Part shown: piece by piece, positions 1 through 10,535 of the stretch | Numbering within the stretch: the stretch's first letter is position 1 | Layout of the letters: each line of letters opens with the position of its first letter | Origin: Blastocatellia bacterium | Lineage (GTDB): Bacteria > Acidobacteriota > Blastocatellia > UBA7656 | NCBI GenBank assembly: GCA_963765495.1 | Contig: CAVXWP010000010.1 | Coordinates: 1 to 64,000 of the forward strand | Reading direction: 5' to 3' | DNA: 64,000 bases | The notes under the pieces: model-generated | Seen by the model: the letters and a program-made list of their open reading frames with translations, nothing else | Databases searched by the model: none | Told to the model about the DNA's origin: nothing | Made by a program: the position numbers and the translations under genes

Positions 1-348
1 TATAGCCAGTGCTATGGCCACTGAGCGTAGCAAGCTTTTGTTCGTCGCATGCATTCGGCATCTTAGCCTAGGTTGAAATAGTCGAAGCCATATCGGCCAA
101 TGCGGCATGTCAGATCAGGAAGCGACTGCCAAATACAGCCGGGTGCATTGACGCCTGCCTAGCGGCCCATCAGTTGTAGCGGAGGCTCCATCGCGAGAGT
201 TGTGAGTGCTCGATAGATCATCCCCTGCTGGTCACATTTGTTAGGACAAATATGGTTTAATAAACCTAAATAATCCAATGCATCTGTGTCCCATCCTGCA
301 AGCGTTTCTTTACCAGACTCAATATAGCAGCAAAGTGTCAGTAACCCC

Positions 349-1751
349 TCACACCTTCAAATACTCTATAAAGAAATTGGATTGATACCTTTGTCTCAGC
401 GACATAATCACAGAGAGTAGGACAGCCAGATTATCGGCTGTCTTTTTAGTCAGAGAACCAAAGGAAATCTTCCGTTTTATGACCAAGTGACGCAAGGCTC
501 GTTCAGCCTGGTTATTGGTCAAGGGAATCCGAGAATCTTCTAAGCAGGTCAGATATTGAGGAATATTCCTGCTGAGAGTTGTCTTAAGGCGAATCACTTT
601 TTTAGGGTCAGTAGCCTTGGTGGTTGCAAACTTGCTTAATCTTTCCACTAGGATATCATAGTTGGCTGGATTTCTGGACTGGGTAATATCCTCATAGACC
701 TGACAGAGGGTAGCATAGTTTCTTCGACAAGTTTGTTTCTGCTTTACCCCAACTCACTAGTCTGGGCTAGATCTCGAAACTTTCTCAGCAAGTGAGCCCA
801 ACAAAGTTGATGCCTTTTGAGTTTACGGTAAGCACCATAGTCGTCAGAGACTACAACTCCTTGATAATCTTCGCCCAATAATTGGTCGGCATTGCCTTTG
901 CCTCGGGATTGACCCACTACAAAAACCGACTCATCGCTTTGAGCCCCGCTCATAACCCAGGAGTAGGACTTGGTTTGATCCAGAAACAGCCGCCAGCCGG
1001 TTTCATCGAGATGAATCATTGGTTCTCCTCGAATTTGCTGCTTTAACCGCTCATAGAAGGGTCGGAGCCTAATGGCTTCTCGGTTTAAGATCTTGGCGAT
1101 CTCACCTTGAGAAATATTGAATCGGTAAGTATCAGAGAGTAATTGCTGAATCTGGCTAAAGGACAGGCGACAGAAAATATTGAGATAGCAGACATATTTC
1201 TGGACATGGGGACCAAGGATAACCTTCGTGGTCGGGATAGGAATGGCTGTTTGCTGGTTTTGGCACATAGGACAAATCGCTTTTTCTACGATGTGCTTCC
1301 TAACAACCTTTCTGGTGGGAACAAGGATGTCTTCTTCATAGAAAGTTAGGATCTGTTTGTCGGTCAAAAGTCTGCCGCAAGTGCAGAGGTCGAGAGCGTG
1401 ATGTTTGGTCTCAGTCACTTCTTCCTCCTTGGGCAGTGGCCGGTGGTAGGACTGACTTGTTCTTGGCAGCTTAGCTGATGATGGCCCAAGATCGTCATCA
1501 TCAGCTGATTTCTGTTTCTTTTTACCAAAAACTATAGTGCGCAGTTCTGTCATTTGGAGCTTGAGGTCTTCGATAATCTTTTGCTGCTCATTAACTACCA
1601 GCTTAAGGGCTTTGACTTCCTGTCTTAGGGCTCGGTTTTCGTCCCGCAGGTGCCAGATCTTGAATCTTTGATTCTCGTGGAGCTGTTCTAAATTACGGAG
1701 ACGAATTAAACGTCTGTTGACCTCTTCTGGGGATAAGCGTAGCTTAGCCAT
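349..1751 (-). pseudogene. IS66 transposase, split by one frameshift at ~747
   Basis: Coiled-coil N-terminus, Cys-rich Zn finger, HLDETGW, VVSDDY, HQLCWAHLLR, TNNQAERALR motifs; adding one G to the G4 run (minus strand) near 747 joins ORFs 744-1751 and 349-648. Confidence 0.9.
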
Positions 1752-1804
1752 ATCTTCTATTTTACCACGGTTTTACTAGGGTTTTTCTGCAAGTTATACA
1801 CAGG

Positions 1805-3134
1805 CAATACTGTAGACAAATTTTCGACTTCGAGGATTGGCAAAAAGGGCCACGAACCGGTTAAATGAGAGTAGATAACAACTCAATAACCGGTGAATGG
1901 CCCATGACAATTGTCAATCAAATCCTAATGCATATGCCTGGACTCGCCAAGCCACAAGCGAAGTTTCTCACCTTCTTGTTTGCCACCATACTGGCACGCC
2001 GTGGTCGCTGCAACTTTCGCAACTTGAGCCGCTATGGCCCTTTCTGTCAACGCTCCATTGCCGCCAGTTCCGCCGTGAATTTGACTGGCCGCTGTTCAAT
2101 CAACAAGTCATCCTCAAGGCCACCAAACCCAGCCACACCTTGATTGCGGGTCACATGCCTCGTTCATTCCCAAGAGCGGTAAACGCACTATGGCTTGGAT
2201 CACTTCTTCAACAGTTGCGCCGGGCGGGCCGAGCGCGGCTCACAAATCTCGACCTTAGCGGTCGTCAATGTCACAGACAACGCCGCTTACACCCTGACCG
2301 TTCACAAACCCCGCCTGGCAAAGAACTGTCGCGCGAAGACAAAGAACAAACTCGCATTGACTTTTATGTCAAACAATTGCACGAGCATCGCCACCTGCTG
2401 CCCGTCGAGATCACCTACTTGGCCTGCGACGGCTTTTATGCCAAGCAGAAATACATCGACGGGGTGCGGGCCTGCCATCTACACGTCATTACCAAACTGC
2501 GAAGCGATGCCGATCTGCGATTCCTTTATACCGGCCCGCGCCAGAAGGGGCGTGGTCGTCCTCGCCTCTATGATGGTAAGGTCAATTTTCAAGACCTCAG
2601 CCGCTTTCAGTATCTGGGCACGGTTACAGAGGCTGATCATCTTCACCTCTATTCGGCAGTGCTTTATCACGTCACGCTCAAACGGCGCTTGCGGGTTTTG
2701 GTCGTCTTGGATTGCCGCGACCAAAACAAGAGGCGTTACGCAGTGCTTGCCTCAACGGATACTTCACTCGATGGCGAGCAACTTTATCGGTTCTATCGCG
2801 CACGCTTCCAGATTGAATTTATCTTTCGCGACGCGAAACACTATACTGGCCTGCTCGATTGCCAGGCGCGCGACAAGAGGGCGTTGGGCTATCACTTCAA
2901 TGCGGCGCTATCGACGCTAAATCTGGCCCGGGCCGAAGCGGTCTTGGCCCATAGGGGCAGTGGAACGCTCGTCTTTTCGATGGCTAGCCGTAAACAATTG
3001 GCATTCAATGAATTATTCATCCGAGTAATTTCTGAGGAGTTAGCATTGGACCTAACTGCCATCAAAAATCACCCGGCTTACGATAACCTCAGGACTTACG
3101 GGGCTATTGCCGCGTGATTTTGTCTCAACCATTG
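1805..3134 (+). mobile_element. IS4/IS701-like DDE insertion sequence nested in the IS66
   Basis: Imperfect TIR: left CAATACTGTAGACAAA, right (reverse complement) CAATGGTTGAGACAAA; 7-bp duplication ACACAGG at 1798-1804 and 3135-3141. Confidence 0.85.
1904..3117 (+). pseudogene. DDE transposase (DDE_Tnp_1/DDE_5-like) with about three frameshifts in the 5' third
   Basis: ACDGFY, ITKLRSDADL, YRARFQIEFIFRDAK motifs; N-terminal pieces are spread over ORFs 1865-2143, 1897-3117 and 2195-2920. Confidence 0.85.
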
Positions 3135-3168
3135 ACACAGGAGGTGTGAGGGGTTACAAGTGTCATTA

Positions 3169-3197
3169 TTGACGCACATCCTGTAAACTGTTATAAT
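3169..3197 (+). promoter_or_regulatory. Near-consensus sigma70 promoter with extended -10
   Basis: TTGACG-N17-TATAAT, with TG one base upstream of the -10. Confidence 0.75.
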
Positions 3198-3325
3198 TAA
3201 ACTACTTAGGTAAACACACTATGGCCTGTCTAACCTAGGTAATTCACAAGAAATCTTCTTTTCGATAGATGGCAGTGCTTTAGGGATAGAGCCCTGCCAG
3301 ACTGTCAGAAAGGAGGAGGCTGGAT

Positions 3326-3551
3326 ATGAAGAATTGCCAAGCATGTTTTTAGAGAAATCCCAGAAAAAGCAATTGAGCGTGGGGTCATATATGAATTTGC
3401 ACGCCACGGGGAATCTTTGGACTGGAGTTGGGTGGGTTGTTTCAATTGTGGCAGAATAGTCTGCCGCAACTGCTACCACAAAGAGGAGGACGAACCCGTC
3501 CCCCTCTACTGTAAGGAATGCTGGCAATCAAACGAGCAAGTACCTTACTAG
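3326..3551 (+). CDS. Small Cys-rich (4x CxxC) zinc-finger-like protein, ~74 aa, needing removal of one T
   Basis: AGGAGG RBS before ATG 3326; deleting one T from the T5 run at 3346-3350 gives MKNCQACFREIPEK...GCFNCGRIVCRNCYH...LYCKECWQSNEQVPY*. Confidence 0.65.
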
Positions 3552-3570
3552 GCCAGTCGGTGCCGCAATC

Positions 3571-3596
3571 AAAGGCCGCGAGTAATTCGCGGCTTT
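3571..3596. terminator. Hairpin between convergent genes, probable bidirectional terminator
   Basis: AAAGGCCGCGA-GTAAT-TCGCGGCTTT. Confidence 0.6.
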
Positions 3597-3652
3597 CTTA
3601 TGCGCATGTTGAAAGGAATCGCCCGAAAATGGAGATACATCTCCTTGACCGC

Positions 3653-5153
3653 TCACTCGATGTCGTATTTTTTCACCCAATAATCGAATGTCTGATAGTT
3701 CGGCAATCCAAGCAGTTTTGCCGCTTTGGTCTTATTACCTTGTGCTTGCTCGATTGCTCGCTTTAGATAATCACGGACGATCTCACCCAGAAGTTCTTTC
3801 AAGCTAAAACCATTTCCGAGGGGGCGACCGATGATCTCTGTATTTCGTTCCAAAATGCTGGGAATGAGCGCGGCATGAATGTCTTCGACTTCTATCCGTC
3901 CACCGCTGGACCAAATTGCTGCTCTCCATAAAGTGTTTTGCAGCTCTCTTACATTACCTGGAAAATCATGTTTGAGCAGAACGTTTCTTGCAGCTGGGGA
4001 AAGAATCTTAGGTGCAAACCCTGGCTCTAGGGCGCTTTCCCTATTAATCACTTCCAGAAATCTGTCAACCAACAAACCTATATCACCTTGGCGGATACGT
4101 AACGGTGGAACATAAAGAATGGCAACTGCCAGACGATAAAAAAGGTCTTCACGGAATCTGCCTACGGCTACCTCTTTGATCAAACTTCGATTCGTAGCCG
4201 CAATTATCCTGACGGCGACCTTCTTTGACTTGCTGGAACCAAGCCGAGTGACATGACCCTCTTGGACAGTACGAAGCAACTTGACTTGGGCCGCCAGCGG
4301 CAATTCACCAATCTCATCAAGGAAAAGCGTACCCTCGTGTGCTACCTCGAAATGGCCGGGGCGCGGTTTGTCAGCCCCGGTGAAAGCTCCTTTTTCGTGA
4401 CCAAAAAGCTCAGATTCTACTAACTCCGCTGGTATGGCTCCGCAATTTATAATCACAAGTGGTTTGTCTCTTCGCGGACTTGCCCTATGTATAGCCTTAG
4501 CCAGCAATTCTTTGCCTGTGCCTGACTCTCCCTCAATTAACACTGGAACTGATCGAGGAGCAACGCGACGAGCCATGATAATCGTTTTCTTCATGACAGA
4601 GCTCCGGTGAATTATGTCCGAGAATTCAGGAGCCTCCAAGGGTAATCCCGCACTCAACTGGTTTAGTTTCTCATCCTGGCGTCGCAGTAAATCAGGAATG
4701 AATTCTGCTGATATATCAAAAGGCACGGAAGTGGTGGTTACGCCATAATCCTTTGATGATTGGATTAACTCAGCGGGGAATTGTGTCTTAGCAAGAATAA
4801 TCCAGACGGCAGCCATAGAAGGCGTTCCGGGGCTCAGATGATAAGTTAATTCTACTGTGCGCCCGTTAGACTTAAAGACTTCTTGAGTTGCCTGAACAGC
4901 CGCTTCATAGATTTCTCCAAAATGTGTAGGCGTTGAGAGGTTTATATAATGAAATTCGATTCTGGCGTGCGTTTGCGCCTGAAGCCATCTTAGATAAGGT
5001 CACCCTAACCTTCGGATAGTTACTTAATAGAAAGATAAAATCAAATTCGAGTTCGCTAACTGCTCGTGCAATTGGGCCCAGACCAACCCTATCACCTTCG
5101 TTTACCGCCCGAAGGTCGGTATCGCCAACCCAGCTAATGAGTGCCTTACTCAT
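3653..5153 (-). CDS. Sigma54-dependent activator with N-terminal RtcR/CARF-like domain (frameshift at ~5000)
   Basis: GESGTGKE Walker A, GAFTGA loop, FLDEIGEL, C-terminal HTH; N-terminal ISWVGDTD and LSPGTP motifs; ORF 4905-5153 joins the frame of 3653-4816 near 5000. Confidence 0.85.
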
Positions 5154-5355
5154 AAGACCTAGTCAAGTATAACATTTTTTGTGCAAACATAAACGATTTT
5201 ATTAAAGTAATGACATCCCAGAAAGAGGTCCCCGTCTATCATTCATGTTATAGGGCTGCCAGACTTTATCATCAGGGTAGCCTTTTAGGTTTCAAGTGGA
5301 CTGTTGATTGCCCTAGTGTGCGACGGAGATATCAGATAAGAGAGGGGTATCAGCA

Positions 5356-6668
5356 ATGGTTCTTAACAAACAGGCACAAGCAGTAGAAGCAGAAGGTTTC
5401 TATCACGGCACACAGGGAGTGAGCCCGGATGCGGCGCAGTCAAAGATTCAAGCTCAATTCACACAGCGGCAAGAGAAGGTGCGCGACAACGCAACTCCTC
5501 TAATTAAACAGCAAGAAGCGAATCTTGCAATTCTAAAAGACGCCAAGCAGAAACCGAGAAGCATTGGCGCGACTTAGAGATTCATACTAATGGAATGCCG
5601 CCGCAGATGGCTCTACCGTTTTTAGCCTTCATCTCGGCCTTGCTTGTGGTCATTGGTGAAGGAATTTTTCTTGCTCCGGTCATGGATGGCTTTGGAATTA
5701 CGGATCCACTCCAACAGTCAATTCTTGCGACGGTGCTAGTCCTGACCTCAAGCGGTCTTCTTAAATTGGCCATCCATCAGTTATATCCGCCGCCACCTTT
5801 GAATATTGGTGGTAGTGATACAGAAATCAGTGTAAATAGAACTTCCTCAAAGTCCAAAGCGGTCCTCGGGGTGGTTATTACAGCCCTCCTTTCATTGTTG
5901 GCTCTATCACTTGTTTTTATTCTGGGTTTGTGGCGAGCCGAAGAGATGATCTTTGCCGCGTCACTTCAGCCGGGAGAACTGGCCAGCTTTCTCAGTCACA
6001 ACCGGACACTAACTAAAATCTGTGTAGTGTTATTGACCATCGGGCTTCCAGTCTTCGCGGCCATCGCGTTTGAGTACGCATTTAATCACCTGTACCTTGC
6101 CTGGGAATGGCGTAAGGCGCGGCAGGCTTTCTTGAGTTCGTCGCGCCGTCTTGACCAAACCCGCAAGAGGATTGAGGCGATCAAGGAAAGAGTTAATCAC
6201 CAAGTTGTTGATCTCAATGAGCGAAGAAAGGAGCGGATCAATGCCTATCTGCAGAGTTACGAGGTTGGCCGCAAAGTCGGCGCTCAACAAGAGCCGTTTG
6301 GGCCGATTTTGCTCAAAATCGTAGCGGTGGGGGTGTGCGTCTTGTTGGCCTGCCTTTTATTTGATCCGGTGCTGGCCAACTATATAACCTCAGGTGTGTA
6401 CCGTGGCTTGGTTTACTCCTGCACTACGCTGGGACTTGCTGGCCTGTATGCATATCACGCGCTCAATGCCTGGCGTCGCCCTAACCCAATACAGTTGTAC
6501 AGGCATCGGGCGACCCTTTGGCGGAAGGAATCAATATCCAGCACATCTGAACAAGCCCCGGTGCACAGCACAATACAACCAAAACAACAGCAGGTTGATT
6601 CCATCGCGGTGATTCCGCGAGGCGAAGGTAGAACCCCACCCTATTTCGCGAGAGGAGGGGAACGATGA
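5356..6668 (+). CDS. Polytopic membrane protein with coiled-coil segments (frameshift at ~5552)
   Basis: RBS before ATG 5356; one extra A in the AAA run joins 5356-5577 to 5595-6668; about six hydrophobic segments. Confidence 0.7.
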
Positions 6669-7456
6669 GGAAGATGACTTTAATGAAGAATGTAATCTGC
6701 GCATTACTCCTATCACAAGTCTTGTATTTTGGTTGCCGTCGTCATCAGGTTGAACCTCTACAGTTGATTTGCATTGTTGACCTGACAGCGAGCGTTGACC
6801 CGAAAGCGCAAGCGGAGTCCTTCGCGGCTCTCGAAGCTATATTCCTCCAGCTAAGGCGAGGCGATACCGTTACTTTGATCCCTATCACCGGCGATAGTCT
6901 GACTGAAACTCAAGGGCACATTCTCAGATTTCACCTAAATGAGAAGCGAGAGGCTTATGATGCCGATCTGCGGCGGCTAGCTGAGGAAGCGCAAAAAAAC
7001 TTGCAGGTGATAAAGGAACAGGCTGCAGCCAAGCCATATATGAAGAGCGATATCCTCGGTGCAGTCGCACTCGCGGGGGAAGAACTGTCCCTGACACAAG
7101 CGGAAGTGAGCAAGCTCATAGTTGTCCTAAGCGATTTCATCCAGGATGATGCTCAACACAACTTCAATCGCGATGTGAGACTTGCAAAGGAGCAATCGGC
7201 CAAAGACTTAGCCCAGATTTTGGCACAACCTCATGCGCTTCAAGAAGCGACCGTCTATATGGGACTGCTTCGAAGTTCCGATCTCAAGTCAATGCCACAG
7301 GGAAGACGCTCAGCGATCCGAACTTTTTGGACCGAGTACTTCGGTCTTGAAGGCGCTGGATCTGTTCACTATACAAGCGATGGCCCGGGCCAACTCGCTC
7401 AGTTTCTGAAAAGGTCGCAAGAGGTTAAGACGCAACAATCGGATTTGACTGAGTAG
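6665..7456 (+). CDS. VWA-fold lipoprotein
   Basis: Lipobox-like YFGC; MIDAS-like IVDLTAS, SDILGA, VVLSDF; ATGA overlap with upstream gene. Confidence 0.7.
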   Translation: MRKMTLMKNVICALLLSQVLYFGCRRHQVEPLQLICIVDLTASVDPKAQAESFAALEAIFLQLRRGDTVTLIPITGDSLTETQGHILRFHLNEKREAYDADLRRLAEEAQKNLQVIKEQAAAKPYMKSDILGAVALAGEELSLTQAEVSKLIVVLSDFIQDDAQHNFNRDVRLAKEQSAKDLAQILAQPHALQEATVYMGLLRSSDLKSMPQGRRSAIRTFWTEYFGLEGAGSVHYTSDGPGQLAQFLKRSQEVKTQQSDLTE

Positions 7457-7477
7457 GCGTCCTTGGAGAGGTGAATA

Positions 7478-8217
7478 ATGGGGAAAGAACTGACACGCAG
7501 TTTTAAGTTTCACGCGCTAGTTATTCTTGCGGTTGCTGCTTTGGGGTGTTCGAAGCGCATCGCCTTTGATCGTACACCAACAGTTGGTACCGCAACCTGT
7601 CGAGTGAATCTTCGGTCAGGCCCGGGCACCTCCTTTCCCCGGATTAATACGATTGAGGAGGGTACCCAAGTAAGGATCACGTCGCGTGATGGCGACTGGT
7701 ATCAGGTTGAGTGCAATGACCAATCGGGATATATCTCTTCGACTTATCTCAGCCTTGGAAACGGCGCACAACCAGAAGCTCCTGCGGAAGACTATCAGAG
7801 GGTGCTTGCTAATCCTAAAAACTTCAATCCAAGACACGCGCAAATCCTGAAATCCACAGGCTGGTATGAGTACGTGAATGGCAATATCGACGTGCTCAAG
7901 TACTACCATTGGAGTGCGTTTCAAAGCGATAAAGGTCCTGCGGTCGGATTGTCATACATCTCCAATGGAGAACGAGTCGTATTCGTAGCCACAAAGGATC
8001 GAAGCGAAGAAGATGTAGTTGCCACTTTAGTTCATGAAGCTGCCATTGCGAGTTCGGGGTAAGGTACGGGCAGGGTGGTGGCCGCCAATGGCGCGATCAA
8101 AGTGAGGCCTATGCCCAAAAAACCGAAAGGCGGTTCCTTGACGACTATTACCGATGGATCCGAGGCAAATGGCCTCAACCACGTTGCACGTGCAGATGCT
8201 CAAGTGGGAGACAGTAA
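7478..8217 (+). CDS. Lipoprotein with bacterial SH3 domain and C-terminal HExxH zincin-like domain (frameshift at ~8044)
   Basis: Lipobox ALGC; SH3b signature VNLRSGPGT...WYQV...GYIS; adding one C restores LVHEAAHCE...SEAYA and extends to TAA 8217. Confidence 0.7.
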
Positions 8218-8221
8218 CGAC

Positions 8222-8647
8222 ATGAAGAAGGCAGCACTTATTCTGGGAATGGTTTCTGGCGTGTCCTTATCCTTGGGTATCTACCCTGGAAGTCTGATGG
8301 TTCTTGGAATTATCCTCCTTGTCTTCGTAGCCTGGGGACGCGGTCTTGCTGGCAAAAAAGCCTTCGATCGGGAATTCCTGATTTCGTTTCTTATCGTATT
8401 ATTCCTACCCCTCTTTGTTTGTACACTGATTAATGCCATCGGTTGGCCAACGCTGCTGGTTCTCATGCTGGCAACAGCCCTCTTCGTTTACGTCGATCTG
8501 AAAAAGAGATGGCGGCATACACGGCCTAACAAACCAAGCGCGTCGAACACCAGAGGAATCGAGCGCACTCCTCTATATCCGCTTCACCATATTGGTGATC
8601 GTGATGGGTACTTAGATGAAAGCTTTGAAGTTGATCCAGATACTTAA
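8222..8647 (+). CDS. Small integral membrane protein
   Basis: GGGAG RBS then ATG 8222 (MKKAALILG); about four hydrophobic segments. Confidence 0.65.
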   Translation: MKKAALILGMVSGVSLSLGIYPGSLMVLGIILLVFVAWGRGLAGKKAFDREFLISFLIVLFLPLFVCTLINAIGWPTLLVLMLATALFVYVDLKKRWRHTRPNKPSASNTRGIERTPLYPLHHIGDRDGYLDESFEVDPDT

Positions 8648-10239
8648 TAGAACGAAGATTCAGCGGGCCACAAGCAAGTTCTTATCTGAAACCGCCTCTT
8701 ATCAGCACTCTCGCTATAGGCAGCGGGTGGGTGAACAGATGAGGAAGATTGAACGGAGTGCCGGGCCGTTAGTTTCTCTGGGCAAAACGGAGTGGGGAAG
8801 AAGTGTCTTTGTGCCCTTCGATCACCTCTACGCCCACAGCCTTATCGTGGGCGCGAGCGGCGCAGGGAAGAGTTATACCGCCCTTCAGATCATCCTGAGA
8901 TTGCTTCGCGAGGGTGAAGCTGGCTTTGGGTTGGTGGATGCGAAGGGCGAGCTATACGGACTCGCAGTACGTTACCTTTATGCTTTCCTCTATCGGCTTT
9001 CGCCGACAAAGCGAGAGAAATTCAAACGAAGGATTACACTAATTGACTTTTCCGACTCTCAGAGGATTTCACCCTACAACATACTTTTGCCTCATTCGGG
9101 GCAAGACATTGAAGTCCTGATAAACAACCGTCTGGACACAATCAGTGACCTGTTCTCCGACGAGACTTCCGGCATAACGACTCGAATGAGAACTGTGCTC
9201 AAATACATTTTCGTGCTCGCTGCACATGCCGAATACCTCTTACTTCGATTGACAGGCTTATAGACGATCGTAAACTCCTTGAACACTATATTAGCCGGTG
9301 CCCCGATGAACGGGTCAGAGATTACTTTCATTCGCGGTTCGACAAAGAACCTGAGATAACTGTCCAGGCAGTCAGGCAACGACTCGACGCGATTCTGGCG
9401 AGTGAAAGCGTTCGCTTGGCACTTTCGGCAGATACTGCGCCTGATTTCAGAAGACTTCAAGATGAAGGGGCCATTGTCTTGGTCAACACAGCAGGACGCA
9501 ACATCAACCGTTCGGTCTCGCTACTCTTACAGATCTTAATCTTGCAAGATATCAAGCAGTCGATCTTCAGCCGGAAAGAAAAAGGGCTCCTCACCTCTGG
9601 TTTCTTGATGAGGCTCAGAACTTCTACCGGTCTCGCTCAGCGCAGAGCAGTATGAATGAGATTCTGACTATGGCCAGATCCTTCGGCTCCTTTGCTTGCT
9701 TGATAACGCAAGCTGCCACTTCTGCCATTCAGGACAGCGACGCTTTAAACACCTTGCTTGCGAATATCCGTTGGCTTCTTATGTTCCGCTCAACAAGTAG
9801 AGATGCCCGAATGATCGAACCGGCGATCCCCTTAACCGGCAATTGTCAGAAACTGCAACGGCATCCCTATGAGCAGGCCGAGTACATGGGCTTGGAGGAG
9901 GAGAAACGTCATCGATTAAACGCCGTCAGCTACCTTCCCGACCGCAAAGCCTATCTCTGGCTGAAAAGTGAAATGTCAAAGGCGATTATGATAGAGACTG
10001 CTTCTGTGCCATCACCGTATGCGGTTGCCGGTTGTAGCCAACTTGAGCTTGAACGATTCATAGAAAGCGAAGAATTGGGTTCTCGAATAAGGAGGGAAGA
10101 CCTTCTTGCTCAAACAAAGAAACGCCAAGCCGAGATGAGAGGGATAGAGGCGGTAGAGCCATCCATAGCATCTGACGATCTGCTTCATTCGCTTGAGGAG
10201 GAGTATAAGAAAAAGTCATCGCGGAGGAAGAGTAAGTGA
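8616..10239 (+). CDS. VirD4/TrwB-like (HerA-FtsK superfamily) coupling ATPase; two frameshifts (~9227, ~9582)
   Basis: HSLIVGASGAGKS Walker A, VDAKGE, restored Walker B LWFLDEAQNF, ARSFG..LITQ. Confidence 0.85.
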
Positions 10240-10535
10240 GCGCTCCCTCGAATTGGAAATTCATGTCCAGGATTGTGGCCTATATCATCGTAAGTCCGTT
10301 CTTAGGAATATGGATATTATGTAAAGGGATTCGTCACCTCGTGAAGATCAAAGTGGCTGGCAAGATTGCGGTGATGTGTCCAAACTGCAAGATGCTTGTG
10401 TCGCTCGTGGGGATTTGGAAATGCACCTGCGGCTTTACTTATCGGGGACATCTTATCACCAAGTGTCCGATCTGTTTCACCGTTCCCCGAATGGTACGTT
10501 GTCCTCGTTGCCAGGTGACAAGGAAACTTTTATGA
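10236..10535 (+). CDS. Membrane-anchored Zn-ribbon protein
   Basis: N-terminal hydrophobic helix; CPNC, CTCG, CPIC, CPRC; overlaps both neighbours by 4 nt. Confidence 0.7.
   Translation: MSAPSNWKFMSRIVAYIIVSPFLGIWILCKGIRHLVKIKVAGKIAVMCPNCKMLVSLVGIWKCTCGFTYRGHLITKCPICFTVPRMVRCPRCQVTRKLL

Larger units (their letters stand above)
341..3157 (-). mobile_element. IS66-family element (single-ORF, ISBst12-like), interrupted by a nested IS
   Basis: Perfect 16-bp TIR GTAACCCCTCACACCT (341-356) / AGGTGTGAGGGGTTAC (3142-3157); 8-bp target duplication AAGTGTCA at 333-340 and 3158-3165; 1480 bp after removing the nested element. Confidence 0.93.

Noticed and set aside
1-340. Left att site or a gene at the window start
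   Set aside because: No tRNA-Asp 3' duplicate and no convincing ORF; left unassigned
3219-3527. 102-aa minus-strand ORF
   Set aside because: Shadow of the plus-strand Cys-rich gene, which has promoter, RBS and terminator support
8075-8221. N-terminal extension of ORF 8075-8647
   Set aside because: Overlaps the repaired peptidase C-terminus; RBS supports ATG 8222
10376-10531. N-terminal extension of the Replic_Relax ORF
   Set aside because: Overlaps the Zn-ribbon gene; RBS and ATGA coupling support 10532
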